DNA of 63,124 nucleotides, counting the filler, from Octopus bimaculoides (taxonomy: Eukaryota): assembly GCF_001194135.2 (NCBI RefSeq). It is 7 parts of 7 records of this genome, joined end to end, with 100 filler letters (N's around TTAATTAATTAA, not from the genome) between each part and the next. Parts side by side here need not be neighbours in the genome. Positions count along the whole stretch, not along the records: positions 35,968 to 47,179 come from NC_069007.1; positions 47,280 to 58,859 come from NC_069004.1; 5 more parts are not named here. One strand, given 5' to 3'. Every line of letters begins with the position of its first letter. The first letter of the stretch is position 1. Positions 36,270 to 48,929 of this stretch are shown here, one piece after another. A program made the position numbers and the translations under genes. The notes below the pieces were generated by a model. That model saw nothing but the letters and a program-made list of their open reading frames with translations, made no database searches and was not told where the DNA came from.

Positions 36270-38110
36270 GAAATGGTGGCGATGTTCGGTGGTGAGGGGT
36301 GGAAGCCGAGGTTGCGGCGGCGATAGTCAGGGTGATTTACTTGACAGGCGATTGATGGTGATGATGATGATGATGATGATGACGACGCTAATGTTGGTGG
36401 CGACGTTGGTGATGGTGGTGGTGGTGGTTCTGCTGGTAGAGATGATAATGAAGCCGTTGATAATTGCGATAACCACGCTGATGATACTGCTGCTGATGAT
36501 GATGTTGATAATGGTGATGATGGTGATGATGATGATGATATTGATGACGATGACGATGATGATGACGAAGATGAAGTTGATGATGGCGATGATGATGAAG
36601 ATGAAGATGATGACGATGATGATAATGATGACGATGACGAAAGATGAAGTTGATGATGGTGGTGGTGATGATAATGATTATGGTGGTGGTGGTGATGAGG
36701 ATGATATTGATTATGATGATGACTACGACGATGTTGATGATGATGATGATGATGGTGATGATTATGATGACGTTGATTTTGACGACCATGACGTGAATGT
36801 TGATGATGACGATGACGATGACGATGATGCTGACGATGTTGTTGGCGAAGGCGACGATGAGAACGAAGATGACACGGAAGAGATAGAGACGTTACATAAG
36901 TATTGAGGCGAGGACACTTGATGGCTTCGGAGAGCGGAATGGCGCTAACGATAAAGACTACCATGGTGATAGTGATGCTGAAGATGTTGATGGTAACGGT
37001 GATGAGTAGTAGTAGTAGTAGTAAGTGGTGGTAGTGGTAGTAGTAGTAGTGGTGGTGTTGGTGGTGGTAGTAGTGATAGTAGTAGTATNNNNNNNNNNNN
37101 NNNNNNNNNNNNNNNNNNNNNNNNNNNNNNNNNNNNNNNNNNNNNNNNNNNNNNNNNNNNNNNNNNNNNNNNNNNNNNNNNNNNNNNNNNNNNNNNNNNN
37201 NNNNNNNNNNNNNNNNNNNNNNNNNNNNNNNNNNNNNNNNNNNNNGGTAGTAGTAGTAGTGGTGGTGTTGGTGGTGGTAGTAGTGATAGTAGTAGTATTA
37301 GTATTAGTGGTGGTGTTGGTGGTGGTAGTAGTAGTAGTATTAGTGGTGGTGTTGGTGGTGGCAGTAGTAGTAGTATTAGTGGTGGTGGTGTTGGTGGTAG
37401 TAGTAGTATTAATAGTAGTGGTGGTGGTAGTAGTGGTGATAGTAATAGTAGTGGTGGTGGTGTTGGTGGTAGTAGTTGTAGTAGTTGCGGCAGGAATAGG
37501 AGGATGTTGACGATGAGGAAAGGGGTGGCGACGATATTGATGCTGATGCTGTTGCCGACGCTGATAACGAGTATCATGTTAATGATGACGATGATGGTGG
37601 TGGTACGGATGATGGTGTTGATTGATACGATGAGGAGGAGGCGGAAAGCTGTTTCGCTGATGTTGGTGATGGTGATGATGCTGCTGACGTTGATGTCCTC
37701 GATGGTGATGATGATAATGGTGACGGTGATGATGATTGTGACGATGATGAGGATGAAGATGATGATGATAGATTAGGAGTAGGAGGAGGAGAACTATGAT
37801 GGTGGTGGTGGTGATGGAGATAGCGAATTTAAAGTTCCTGGTCATGGCGAAGATCAAGTCATACGAATTCGATGACGCTGGCAACAATCGCTGACGCTGA
37901 CGTAGTCGAAAACAAAAGAGGAAAACGAAGACAATGACGAAGCATAACATAAGTACAATGGCGAAGAAGATTGTAGAACAGAAGAAATGAGCGGGGAACA
38001 GGCAGAGGAACAGGAGAGCAGGGGGAGGAGGAACTATGGTAAAAGGAAGTGCACGATTCTGCTGAAGAGGGGAAAGATGACGATGACGATGACGATGACG
38101 ATGATGATTA
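36270..38110. repeat. ~1.8-kb degenerate (GAT/GAC/GGT/AGT)n trinucleotide array
   Basis: Directly visible; contains a gap at 37089-37245. Confidence 0.9.
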
Positions 38111-38340
38111 TTATTTTAAAGATTCTGATGGTGAGGATGCTAGGCTATAGCTATTATCTTTGATGTACTCTCTCTCAATTGGTTGATAATTGTCTTAGCA
38201 GAATCATGTCTAGAATTGCGCTCCATTTCAAGAAGGAACCAAATTGGAACTGACACACTGACGTCATTCTTAATTATGAAGATTGTTGTGGAAATGGAGG
38301 GACTCTTAAGTTAAATATCCTCACATTATGTGTTTACGTG

Positions 38341-38376
<36 letters not shown>

Positions 38377-39146
38377 NNNNNNNNNNNNNNNNNNNNNNNN
38401 NNNNNNNNNNNNNNNNNNNNNNNNNNNNNNNNNNNNNNNNNNNNNNNNNNNNNNNNNNNNNNNNNNNNNNNNNNNNNNNNNNNNNNNNNNNNNNNNNNNN
38501 NNNNNNNNNNNNNNNNNNNNNNNNNNNNNNNNNNNNNNNNNNNNNNNNNNNNNNNNNNNNNNNNNNNNNNNNNNNNNNNNNNNNNNNNNNNNNNNNNNNN
38601 NNNNNNNNNNNNNNNNNNNNNNNNNNNNNNNNNNNNNNNNNNNNNNNNNNNNNNNNNNNNNNNNNNNNNNNNNNNNNNNNNNNNNNNNNNNNNNNNNNNN
38701 NNNNNNNNNNNNNNNNNNNNNNNNNNNNNNNNNNNNNNNNNNNNNNNNNNNNNNNNNNNNNNNNNNNNNNNNNNNNNNNNNNNNNNNNNNNNNNNNNNNN
38801 NNNNNNNNNNNNNNNNNNNNNNNNNNNNNNNNNNNNNNNNNNNNNNNNNNNNNNNNNNNNNNNNNNNNNNNNNNNNNNNNNNNNNNNNNNNNNNNNNNNN
38901 NNNNNNNNNNNNNNNNNNNNNNNNNNNNNNNNNNNNNNNNNNNNNNNNNNNNNNNNNNNNNNNNNNNNNNNNNNNNNNNNNNNNNNNNNNNNNNNNNNNN
39001 NNNNNNNNNNNNNNNNNNNNNNNNNNNNNNNNNNNNNNNNNNNNNNNNNNNNNNNNNNNNNNNNNNNNNNNNNNNNNNNNNNNNNNNNNNNNNNNNNNNN
39101 NNNNNNNNNNNNNNNNNNNNNNNNNNNNNNNNNNNNNNNNNNNNNN

Positions 39147-39179
<33 letters not shown>

Positions 39180-39367
39180 TATACATGTATGAATGTATAC
39201 ATATATGTATGCATTTATATATGTGTATGTATATGTATATATACATTTATATACATACTTCTTTATGTGCGTGTCTTTATATTCTTATATATTATACAGT
39301 ATTATTTGTATGTGCGTAGGTGCTTCGATGTTTTTATGTATATGAATATATATGTATATGTGTATAA

Positions 39368-39399
<32 letters not shown>

Positions 39400-39438
39400 A
39401 TGTGTGTGTGTGTGTGGATAAATATATATATATGAAGG

Positions 39439-39470
<32 letters not shown>

Positions 39471-40243
39471 CATACATACATATAAACCAAACGTATATGT
39501 ATATATTTATATATGTGGTTACGTGTGTGTGTGTGTATGTGTGCTTAGAATCACGTACCTATGCATCGATTTTTATATGCATACAAATTTGACCAACAGA
39601 GAAATCGTGATATATGCACGAGTACATTCATACACATGCACGTACGCACTATAATGTATCTATAACATATATATGTATATATATATGTGACTATGTACGT
39701 GTGTGTACACGTGTGTATGTATGTGTGGCTATATACATATGTGTGTGTCTATTTGTGAGTGTAGATATGCCTACATACACACACACGTAATTGTATAGTA
39801 ACCTTATACATACATACATACATATATAAGAAACACATCCTTATTTAATTTCACCAAAGGCAGTTGTCCCTTATTTCCTGAAACTCGTCTCAGGTTATGG
39901 TCCTTATAAAATGCTAAACGAGCGTATGGTCACCTGTCTTGCATCCTTAGTCGCAGATTCGACAATTATCGCTTCATTATTTAACGCCACATATACAACA
40001 GGGGCTGAGTTTCTCCCTCCTCTCTCGATAAATGTTCTACGTTTGTCAATATATATGCTGTACGTTGCACTAAATGTTAACACAGTACGGATATAATGTG
40101 CTCAATATACGGATTAGCCAAGAAGACGTATTTGAAAAAAATTGGACTACGAAATAAAGGACACACAATAAGCCAAATGTGAAAACTTTTTGCCCGAAAG
40201 TTCGTGGCATTCTGATTTTCGATTATTATTATAATTATTAGCA

Positions 40244-40622
40244 GGCGCAATGGCCCAGTGGTTAGGGCAGCGGACTCGCGGTCATAGGATCGCAGTTTCG
40301 ATTCCCAGACCGGGCGTTGCGAGTGCTTATTAAGCGAGAACACCTAAAGCTCCACGAGGCTCCGGCAAGAGATGGTGGCGAACCCTGTTGTACTCTTTCA
40401 CCACAACTTTCTCTCACTCTTACTTCCTGTTTCTGTTGTGCCAGTAATTCAAAGGGTCAGCCTTGTCACACTGTGTGTCATGCTGAATATCCCCGAGAAC
40501 TACATTAAGGGTACACGTATCTGTGGAGTGCTCAGCCACTTGCACGTTAATTTCACGAGCAGGCTGTTCCGTTGATCGGATCAACTGGAACCCTCGATGT
40601 CGTTAGCGACGGAGTGCCAACA
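40244..40622 (+). mobile_element. SINE family B (tRNA-derived), full length with target-site duplication
   Basis: A box tggcccagtggt, B box gtttcgattccc, (CAA) tail; 11-bp TSD ATAATTATTAG at 40231-40241 and 40623-40633. Confidence 0.95.
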
Positions 40623-41090
40623 ATAATTATTAGATGACAGATCGAATTGGATTTTCAAAGAGGTCAATTTCTAACTGAGACAAGGAATGGCAGTCACCTT
40701 CATGGTGTCGGACATCTCGGAAGTGGAAGAATGGACCAGGCAAACTCTTATGATAAGTAGTGTATTGGTGTCTGAGACGAGGGAAAGTCGTAGGATTCAG
40801 TGAGATTGTCCAGAGTTTGTACGTATTGGAGTATCCTGTTTAATGGAGTCATTCGAAGTACGTCGTGTGAACATAGTGGTGTCTATCTGCCCTTCGTGAA
40901 ATCTGTATATCCAACGTATAGAAGGATTAAAATATATATATAGTTCAAATTTCCAGGAAACAAAAGACGAAGACAGGTCTAGGAACAACAAGCAGGTGTA
41001 TTAGTTTCACGCTCGGGAAAAATAGAAAAGTCACGCCCATAAATATATACGTCAATGCACGTATGTATTTATTTGTTTTGTGGATGTTTC

Positions 41091-41322
41091 TTATTTCTTT
41101 ATTGCCCACAAGGGGCTAAACGCAGAGGGGACAAACAATGACAGACAAAGGGATTAAGTCGATTACATCGACCCCAGTGCGTAACAGGTACTTAATTTAT
41201 CGACCCCGAAAGAATGAAAGGCAAAGTCGACTTCGGTGGAATTTGAACTCAGAACGTAACGGCAGACAAAATACCGCTAAGCATTTTGCCCGGCGTGCTA
41301 ACGTTTCTGCCAGCTCGCCGCC
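41091..41322 (-). mobile_element. SINE family D (tRNA-derived), full length with target-site duplication
   Basis: Head ggcggcgagctggcagaaacgttagc, B box gagttcaaattcc; 15-bp TSD TTTTGTGGA(T/C)GTTTC at 41076-41090 and 41323-41337. Confidence 0.95.
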
Positions 41323-41347
41323 TTTTGTGGACGTTTCTGAATGCTTA

Positions 41348-41630
41348 TTATAGCAAACTTTAAAGAGTGAGTGGAGTTGACTTTGTAAGTTCGCCACTAC
41401 AATCTGTTTGATAACACAGTTCTCGTTTATCAATTTTATTTGTAGCAAATTTAGAAGGTATCAATTGTTATGAACGATCGATGTATTTCTTTGAACATTT
41501 GCAGACATAGAAGATTTAATTACACTTTGAAAATTGTTTATATTCTTCATTCCACTCGACAAGAACGTTGCTACTTACGAATAATCCTTATATAAAGTCT
41601 GAAAGCCAAATCATTACAGTTGTGGATATT
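41348..41630 (+). repeat. Diverged direct duplication, copy 1
   Basis: Colinear with 42546-42840; identical 32-bp block at 41546-41577 and 42758-42789. Confidence 0.9.
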
Positions 41631-42545
41631 CCACCCGTCAATGCATCGGAGTAACTCAGGAGAGTCAACGACCATCCTTTATAATGAAGGGTAGATTGAA
41701 TCAAGGGGGAAAACAATCTGTCTAAGAGAAGAGAAAACCGTTAATTGAGGACCGGCAAACAATTAATACTCTTTTGTACACTAGAAAATATGACATGAAG
41801 ATACTACAGTTTCGTCTACGGACATCTGATAATGAAAAATATATGCATATATCAGGTCATCCCATAAGTTCTGTCCGAATTTTGAATAAAGAAAACAAGT
41901 GATCAAATGTTATATTAAATTGAAATTTAATCATCAATGTACTTCCCTTGATTATCTATGACTTCCTTCCATTTATTTAATCCCATCAATGTAAAACTCT
42001 TTTGGTTTCAAAGCGAAGAACTCTGAAATGTCAGTTTCGACCTCCCCACTGCAAGCTCGCCATAAAATAGCTGTTTAGGTCTACGTTCATCCACCATTCG
42101 AACAATATGGCCAGGTCATCTCAATTTATTTTTCAGAATCATTGATGTAATTGAAGTGATGCCTGCAGATGCCAAGAAATTTGTGTATGGAGTAAAAAAA
42201 AAAGGGCCCATTTAATGTTTAAGACCATTTTGGTGGAATCGTTCTAACAATTAGAAATGTCTTTCATAACATGTCCACACACCCACACACACATAAATAT
42301 AAACTTATTTTAAGCTAGAACGTTGTTGCATGTGACTTCGAAGTTTCGGCCACCTAAGCCATTGTTTGACGATTGACCACTCAAATTTATGGGAAGTTGT
42401 TTTTTTTAATAAGTGAAACTAAAAACAAACAATGTGTGTGTGTGTGTGTATGTATATATACACATATATATAAACATCAATGTGCGTGTATATTCATATG
42501 TGAGCATGAGTCATGTTTGTGTTTACCCATAATTATTCATGCATG

Positions 42546-42840
42546 TTATAGCAAACGTTGTTTTAAAGAGAAACATAGGTGAGTGGAGCTGATTCTGCAT
42601 CTTCGCCATTACAATATATTTGATAATACAGTTCTTTATTATCCACTTTATTCCTAGTAAATTTAGAAGACATCAATTGTTATAAAGGATCAAGGTATTT
42701 CTTTGAACATTAGCAGACATAGAAGATTTAATTACACACTGAAAATTGTTCATAGCCTTCATTCCACTCGACAAGAACGTTGCTACTTAAGGATAATCTT
42801 ATGTAATGTCTGAAGACTAAATCTTTGCAGTTGCGAATTT
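42546..42840 (+). repeat. Diverged direct duplication, copy 2
   Basis: Colinear with 41348-41630. Confidence 0.9.
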
Positions 42841-43030
42841 TCATGTTCATAGTACATAATGAGAGAAGCATTTGTCAAACGAATGTCTCTTACGATAATA
42901 TATTCCGTGAGATGAAAAATATTTCAAGCAGTTGTTTTACAATTAGCTTTAAAAATGCGTAACGCTCTTACAATGTTAGTGAAAATATACGGACCCTCAT
43001 TTTCAAACGATTTATGAAAGTCAATGTTTC

Positions 43031-43412
43031 TTGTTGTTGGCACTCCGTCGCTTACGGCGTCTAGGGTTCCAGTTGATCCGATCAACAGAACAGCCTGCTT
43101 GTTAAATTAACGTGCAAGTGGCTGAGCGCTCCACAGACACGTGTACCCTTAACGGAGTTCTCGGGGATATTCAGCGTGACACAGTGTGACAAGGCTGACC
43201 CTTTGAATGACAGGCACAACAGAAACAGGAAGAAAGAGTGAGAGAAAGGTGTGGTGGGAGAGTACAGCAGGGTTCGCCACCATCCCCTGCCGGAGCCTCG
43301 TGGAACTTTTAGGCGTTTTCGCTCAATAAACACTCACAACGCCCGGTCTGGGAATCGAAACCACAATCCTATGACCGCGAGTCCGCTGCCCTAATCTCTG
43401 GGCCATTGCGCC
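43031..43412 (-). mobile_element. SINE family B, full length
   Basis: Reverse complement closely matches 40244-40622 from head to tail. Confidence 0.95.
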
Positions 43413-43450
43413 TCCACAATATATATATACACACATACACATATTCTTCA

Positions 43451-43650
43451 TACTTGTTTCAGTCATTTAACTGCGGCCATACTGGAGCACCGCCTCTAGT
43501 CGAGCAAATCGACCCGGAGACAATCTCTGTAAGCCTAGTACTTATTCTGTCGGTGTATTTTGCCGAACCGCTAAGTTACGGGGGACGCAAACACGTCCTG
43601 CATCGGTTGACAAGCTATGTTGGGGCGGGAGACAAATACACAAACACAAG
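43451..43650 (-). mobile_element. SINE family A, 3' half
   Basis: Complement of the tail ...gcggtgctccag.atggccgcagt.aaatgactgaaacaagta. Confidence 0.9.
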
Positions 43651-43651
43651 C

Positions 43652-43751
43652 AAGTTTGACCTCGATGGAATTTGAACTCAGAACGTAAAGACGGACGAAA
43701 CACCGCTAAGCATTTTGTCCGGATTGCTAACGTTTCTGCCAGTTCGCCGCC
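43652..43751 (-). mobile_element. SINE family D, head only, abutting the family A 3' half
   Basis: Matches about 41222-41322. Confidence 0.9.
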
Positions 43752-44450
43752 TGCCAACAAATTATTATTGTTAAGCTGAAACTGTTGCTAATGTAAAAAG
43801 AAATGGAAAGGTCAAACTATTTTTTTTCATTGTCTGAAAAAGCAACGTTTTGGACTTACGACACTTTTGCATATTATCAAGGTATATATATATATATATA
43901 TATGTATAATATAGTTATGTTTATGTAATACTCATAATTATGTAACTTTTAAACAAATAATTACTCGGCCACGTAAGTGCTTTTCGGTGAAACAAATGAA
44001 TCACTGACATCTCAGCTATGTAAACATGTGTGTAGGCGTACATATTTAAACACACAATGGAACACTACAATCTAAACTAATGGATGTTAAAATAATTATC
44101 TAATTACAATTACTCCAGACATGAATTAATGTTACGTAGGTCTACTACTCATAAATGGAGAAAAAAAGTGATTAATTGTATGTTCGCTATGTATAATGGT
44201 TGTGTATATAACAAATATTTTTCCTGTAGAAAAACGGAACGAAATATGCGTCTGGTGGAACGAAATGCACCGAAGGAAGTGTAAAAAAAGATAATTGTGC
44301 GTTCATTTTCTCGCGTTGTAAATAATTATTTTTCGTAGTTATTATTTTACATTGCTGAATATATTAGTGTACGCGCAAATTGATTTTATTCTGCTTATAT
44401 CTTTAAATGTATACACATACATACATACACACACGTATATATGTGTGTAC

Positions 44451-44495
<45 letters not shown>

Positions 44496-45084
44496 TACAC
44501 ACACATTATTGTGCGTATAAAATTGATACGGGCCAATGTATGCTCGAGAAATTGGTCACGTAAAATTTTGGTAAATATGTGCATAGTTATAATTTAGTGA
44601 AGGTGCCTGAGTTCGTTATTGACATCTTGGGCTCACGATTTTTGGTCATATTTCTTGCCCAGGAAACTCACTTTGTTTGTGAAAAAGGCTGTCCGTTTAA
44701 CATCGAACTTCTCTACCGAAATGTGCTTGAGAACCTCCTGTTTTCTCATACTGTTCTCGATGTATCACTGAATCGAGATTAGAATTGTCAAGACACTAAG
44801 TCTATCCATATACACATAACCATCAAAAGCAGTTAAGTAATTTGTCATACATGCTACCAAATTATATTCATTTACTAATAATCTGAGGAAAAATGAAAAT
44901 TAAACTATACTGTTTCATCACAATTGTGAAGATATTTAATCAATATTTCCCAAGTTTAATAATAATCAGAGTATGTAAACAGTGGCTTATATAGCATATG
45001 AGTTATCCGTCATATTTAGAGCAATTTCAACCCCTATATAACTTGGTTGCAAATTTTGTCACAAGTCCAGCTAGTTCGGAGGAG

Positions 45085-45227
45085 AAGGTAAGCTAATTTC
45101 ACCGACCCAGAAAGAATAAATAGTAAACGTGACCCTGGTGGGATATGAATACCGTAATTAAAACCGGAAGAAATGTGGCTAAGCGTTTTCTCCGGCGTGG
45201 TTATGATTCTACCAGCTCGCCGTCCTA
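45085..45227 (-). mobile_element. SINE family D, degenerate
   Basis: ...gctaagcgttttctccggcgtgg...ttctaccagctcgccgtc matches the D head. Confidence 0.65.
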
Positions 45228-45589
45228 ACACCTTCCTAGTTTATAGTTCAGACTGTTTCTGGGGAGTGATATCTTTTATAAGCTTATGGAAGGTAGTCAT
45301 TCACAGTTAGTACGAAACACAGAATCAAAGGTTCCAAGCTAATTATCTCCTTAAGGCTGTTATTTATCCCATAAAAAGATAAAATTTGTCAGACACTTTG
45401 TCACTATCTCTGTTGACAGGCGAGAGCGAATCTTCACTATAGTTAGAAGGAATGTTTAGCTGACGAGCAGAAAAATAACCAAAAAAAAAAAACACTCAGT
45501 GACATGCAAAAATTCTGCGAGAGACGGAATACAGGGAGAAGAGATGGTTTCGGATAACCACAGGCGTTCGAATAGGTACCATAACACAC

Positions 45590-45890
45590 TTAAAATTGAC
45601 GATGATAAAGATGATGATGATGATGATAAAGATGACGACGACCACGACGATGATGATTAAGATGATGATGATGATATTGTGATAATCATGAGGATCATGA
45701 CTATAATGATGTTGATATGCGTTGATGATCATAATAAGGACGATTAAGATGGCGAGGATAATGTTGATTATACGATGTTGAAGAAAAGGACGAGGACGAT
45801 GATGACGACGACGACGATGATGACGACGACGATTATTGCGCTGAGGATCCCAATATTGATGATAACGATGCTGAAATTGGTGATGATGTA
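45590..45890. repeat. Degenerate (GAT/GAC)n array
   Basis: Directly visible. Confidence 0.9.
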
Positions 45891-47118
45891 CCATTAAAAA
45901 AACATCCACAAAACTCACAACGCAATATGTATTTTCAATAGAATTCATTTTAATTATATTCATAACAACTAATATAAATTTTTCTGCTTGTCAATATATC
46001 TAAATAATAAACTGCCTACAACTTCTTGCAATAATTCTAACCATCATTAAGAACTCATCGAAGGAATCCTTCATTAATTCCTGGAGCAATTATAATTTGA
46101 TATTTATGGAATATCTGCAAGAATATATCGTGGTGCTCCTCAATATAATTAAATGTTAACTACACGCTTGGACCAAGTGAGAAAATATTATGATTGTATC
46201 ATAATTAAATTATATTAAATATTAATAAAAAAGTTGATGTAATTTATATTACTTAATTAACGAGAATATAAATAATCAAACCTGATTTCTTCCCCTTGCC
46301 AAGATACAGGAACATGCGCGTGCACGTGCAGACCCATACACACTTGTACTCACACACAAACACTCACACACACAAGTATATGTTTATTGTTTTGGACAAC
46401 CGAACTGAGGGTGATAGATAGACACTTAAGTCTGTTAACTTAAATATAACAATGTAATATATATACACAATAACACGTGCACACAAACACACACATACAC
46501 ACAGACATATGCATCTATATTTGTGTGTATATGTGTCTTTATATATGTATGAGTAAATATGCATGCATGTGCGTATGAGTGTATAGAAAGATAGATAGGT
46601 AGGCAGACAGACAGACAGACAGAAAGGAAGATATAGACAGGGTGATAGATAAATAGACTGAGAAACAGATTGGTAGTATAAGATAGACAGATAAATTATC
46701 AAGTAGATAGATATTTATATGCATAAGTTGAGAGACAGCTAGCAATCTAGATAGATAGCTAGACTGATGACTTAGATACATGGACAGGTTAACAGATATA
46801 GAAATACACACACACACATTCATAGCTAGCTAGATGCATAGAGAGATAGACAGAGAAAAAGAGAGAGAGATAGACAGAGAAAAAAAGAGAGAGAGAGTGA
46901 TATGAAACATTACATGTTAGCCACCAGGAGGAACGGACGAAAACTGTTGAATCAGATCTCAAAATATGATGCCAGTAAATCGGAGGCGTGAAACTCAGTG
47001 TGACGTAGCATATTTTCACTTTTGATAAATATATTTTCACACATCATTTTCAATAACGAATAACCTAAATTCCTTTCTCCTTGTTTACACTGGCATATTC
47101 ATTTTCATATACGTGTAT

Positions 47119-47155
<37 letters not shown>

Positions 47156-47179
47156 AGTGTATCTATATATATATATATA

Positions 47180-47279
47180 NNNNNNNNNNNNNNNNNNNNN
47201 NNNNNNNNNNNNNNNNNNNNNNNTTAATTAATTAANNNNNNNNNNNNNNNNNNNNNNNNNNNNNNNNNNNNNNNNNNNN
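47180..47279. other. Artificial scaffold spacer
   Basis: 44 N + TTAATTAATTAA (47224-47235) + 44 N. Confidence 0.95.
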
Positions 47280-47326
<47 letters not shown>

Positions 47327-47375
47327 GCTATCTATCTATCTGTCTATCTACAGACAGACAGACAGACAGATGGAT

Positions 47376-47536
47376 AGACAGGCATGGCCATGTGACGAGA
47401 AGTTTGCTTCCCAACCACATGGTTCCAGGTTAAGTCTTGCTGCATGATACCTTGGGCACGTGCCTTCTACTATAGCCTCAAGCCAACGAAAGGCTTGTGA
47501 GTGGATTTGATAGATGGAAACTGAAAGAAGCCTGTC

Positions 47537-47567
<31 letters not shown>

Positions 47568-47770
47568 CATCTGTGTGTTTGTCCTCCACCACCATTTGAC
47601 AACCAGTGTTAGTGTGTGTATGTCCCTGTAACTTAGCAGTTCACCAAAAGGGGATAAACAGAAGTACCAGGCTTTAAAAAAAATAAGTACTGGCATTGAT
47701 TCACTGGACTATAATGCTTCAAGTCAGAGCTCCAGCATGGTCACAGTCTAATGACCGAAACAAATAAAAT
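47376..47770 (+). mobile_element. SINE family A, full length, old
   Basis: Colinear with 49338-49778 including the internal (TA)(TG) tract. Confidence 0.9.
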
Positions 47771-47771
47771 A

Positions 47772-48153
47772 GGCATAGGAGTGGCTGCGTGGTAAGTAGC
47801 TTGCTTACCAACCACATGGTTCCGGGTTCAGTCCCACTGTGTGGCATCTTGCACAAGTTTCTTCTACTATAGCCTCGGGCCAACCAAAGCCTTGTGAGTG
47901 GATTTGGTAGACGGAAACTGAAAGAAGCCCGTTGTATATATATGTGTGTGTGTGTGTTTGTCCCCCCAACATAGCTTGACAACCGATGCTGGTGTGTTTA
48001 CGTCCCCGTAACTTAGCGGTTCAGCAAAAGAGACCGATAGAATAAGTACTAGGCTTATAAAGAATAAGTCCTAGAGTCGATTTCTTCAACTAAAACCCTT
48101 TAAGATGGTGCTCTAGCATGGCCACAGCCAAATGACCAAAACAAACAACAGAA
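47772..48153 (+). mobile_element. SINE family A, full length, head-to-tail with the previous copy
   Basis: A box tggctgcgtggt, B box ggttcagtccc; colinear with 49338-49778. Confidence 0.95.
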
Positions 48154-48304
48154 TATATATATATATTAGTAATGAAAAGTTTCTCTCACAGAGTGAAAGG
48201 CAAACTGTATGATGCCTGCATATGAACTGCAAAACTACAAGGTAGTGGGTTGTGAGGTAGTGGTAGTAGGGCTCTGCTACTGGTAGTTGCAGAGCCCTGA
48301 TAGT

Positions 48305-48470
48305 GGTTTGCGGTACCCTGAATGTAGAGGGCATGCAAAGTGTAGAAAGAAATGACGCTAGCATACTCTGCTGGCTGTGCAACATGAGCATGAATGAAAA
48401 GGACAAAGTACGAATGTGTTGAGAGAAAAACTGGGCATAAGAGGTATCAGATGTTGTTTGCAGGAGAGAA
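48305..48470 (+). mobile_element. RTE-like LINE 3' coding remnant
   Basis: RNDASILCWLCNMS, then after a frameshift NVLREKLGIRGIRCCLQER. Confidence 0.6.
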
Positions 48471-48640
48471 AACTGTGTTGGTTATGTCCCCATAATCTAG
48501 CAGTTCAGCAAATGAGACCAACAGAATAAGTACCAGATGTAAAAATAAGTACTGGGGTTGATTTGTCTGACCAAAGCCCTTCAATGTTGTTCCCCTGCAT
48601 AGTCACAGTCCAATGACTGAAACAAGTGAAAGATAAAAGA
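48471..48640 (+). mobile_element. SINE family A, 3' half, degenerate
   Basis: atgtccccataatctagcagttcagcaaa...gaataagtacc...cagtccaatgactgaaacaagtgaaagataaaaga. Confidence 0.85.
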
Positions 48641-48929
48641 TCTGACATATTTTAGATCTCGTGATTAACATTAAACAGACATTTCTCTTCCATTACAGAA
48701 TAATAATTTATTTGGCATCAAGTGATTTAAGGACTAAAATAATAAACACTCTTGTGAATTAATGCAGTCCAATTTAACAGGGTTCTGCTTATCTCTAACC
48801 AAATCCTTTCTTCAGAAAGCTTTAGAATTTGGTAGAGGAATGGTTTTATTCTAAGTGAGCATTCATACATTAACATTTCTATGTATGTTAGAAAACTTCA
48901 GTGCTATTTTATGATAGATAATTCTTTTG

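Noticed and set aside
36245-36964. His-rich, Asp/Met-rich and Ile-rich ORFs of 130-240 aa
   Set aside because: They are overlapping frames on both strands of one trinucleotide array, with no domain or splice support.
38259-38266. Second TGACGTCA (CRE) site
   Set aside because: An isolated 8-mer with no supporting context; expected by chance about once per window.
40244-40315. tRNA gene-like sequence (also at 43340-43412, 49338-49400 and 55452-55490)
   Set aside because: A and B boxes run into several hundred bp of SINE body, with TSDs at 40244; no complete cloverleaf.
42137-42191. Candidate exon IIDVIEVMPADAKKFVYG after a strong acceptor
   Set aside because: The donor (GTAAAA) is weak, and joining to the next candidate at 42552-42578 hits a stop.
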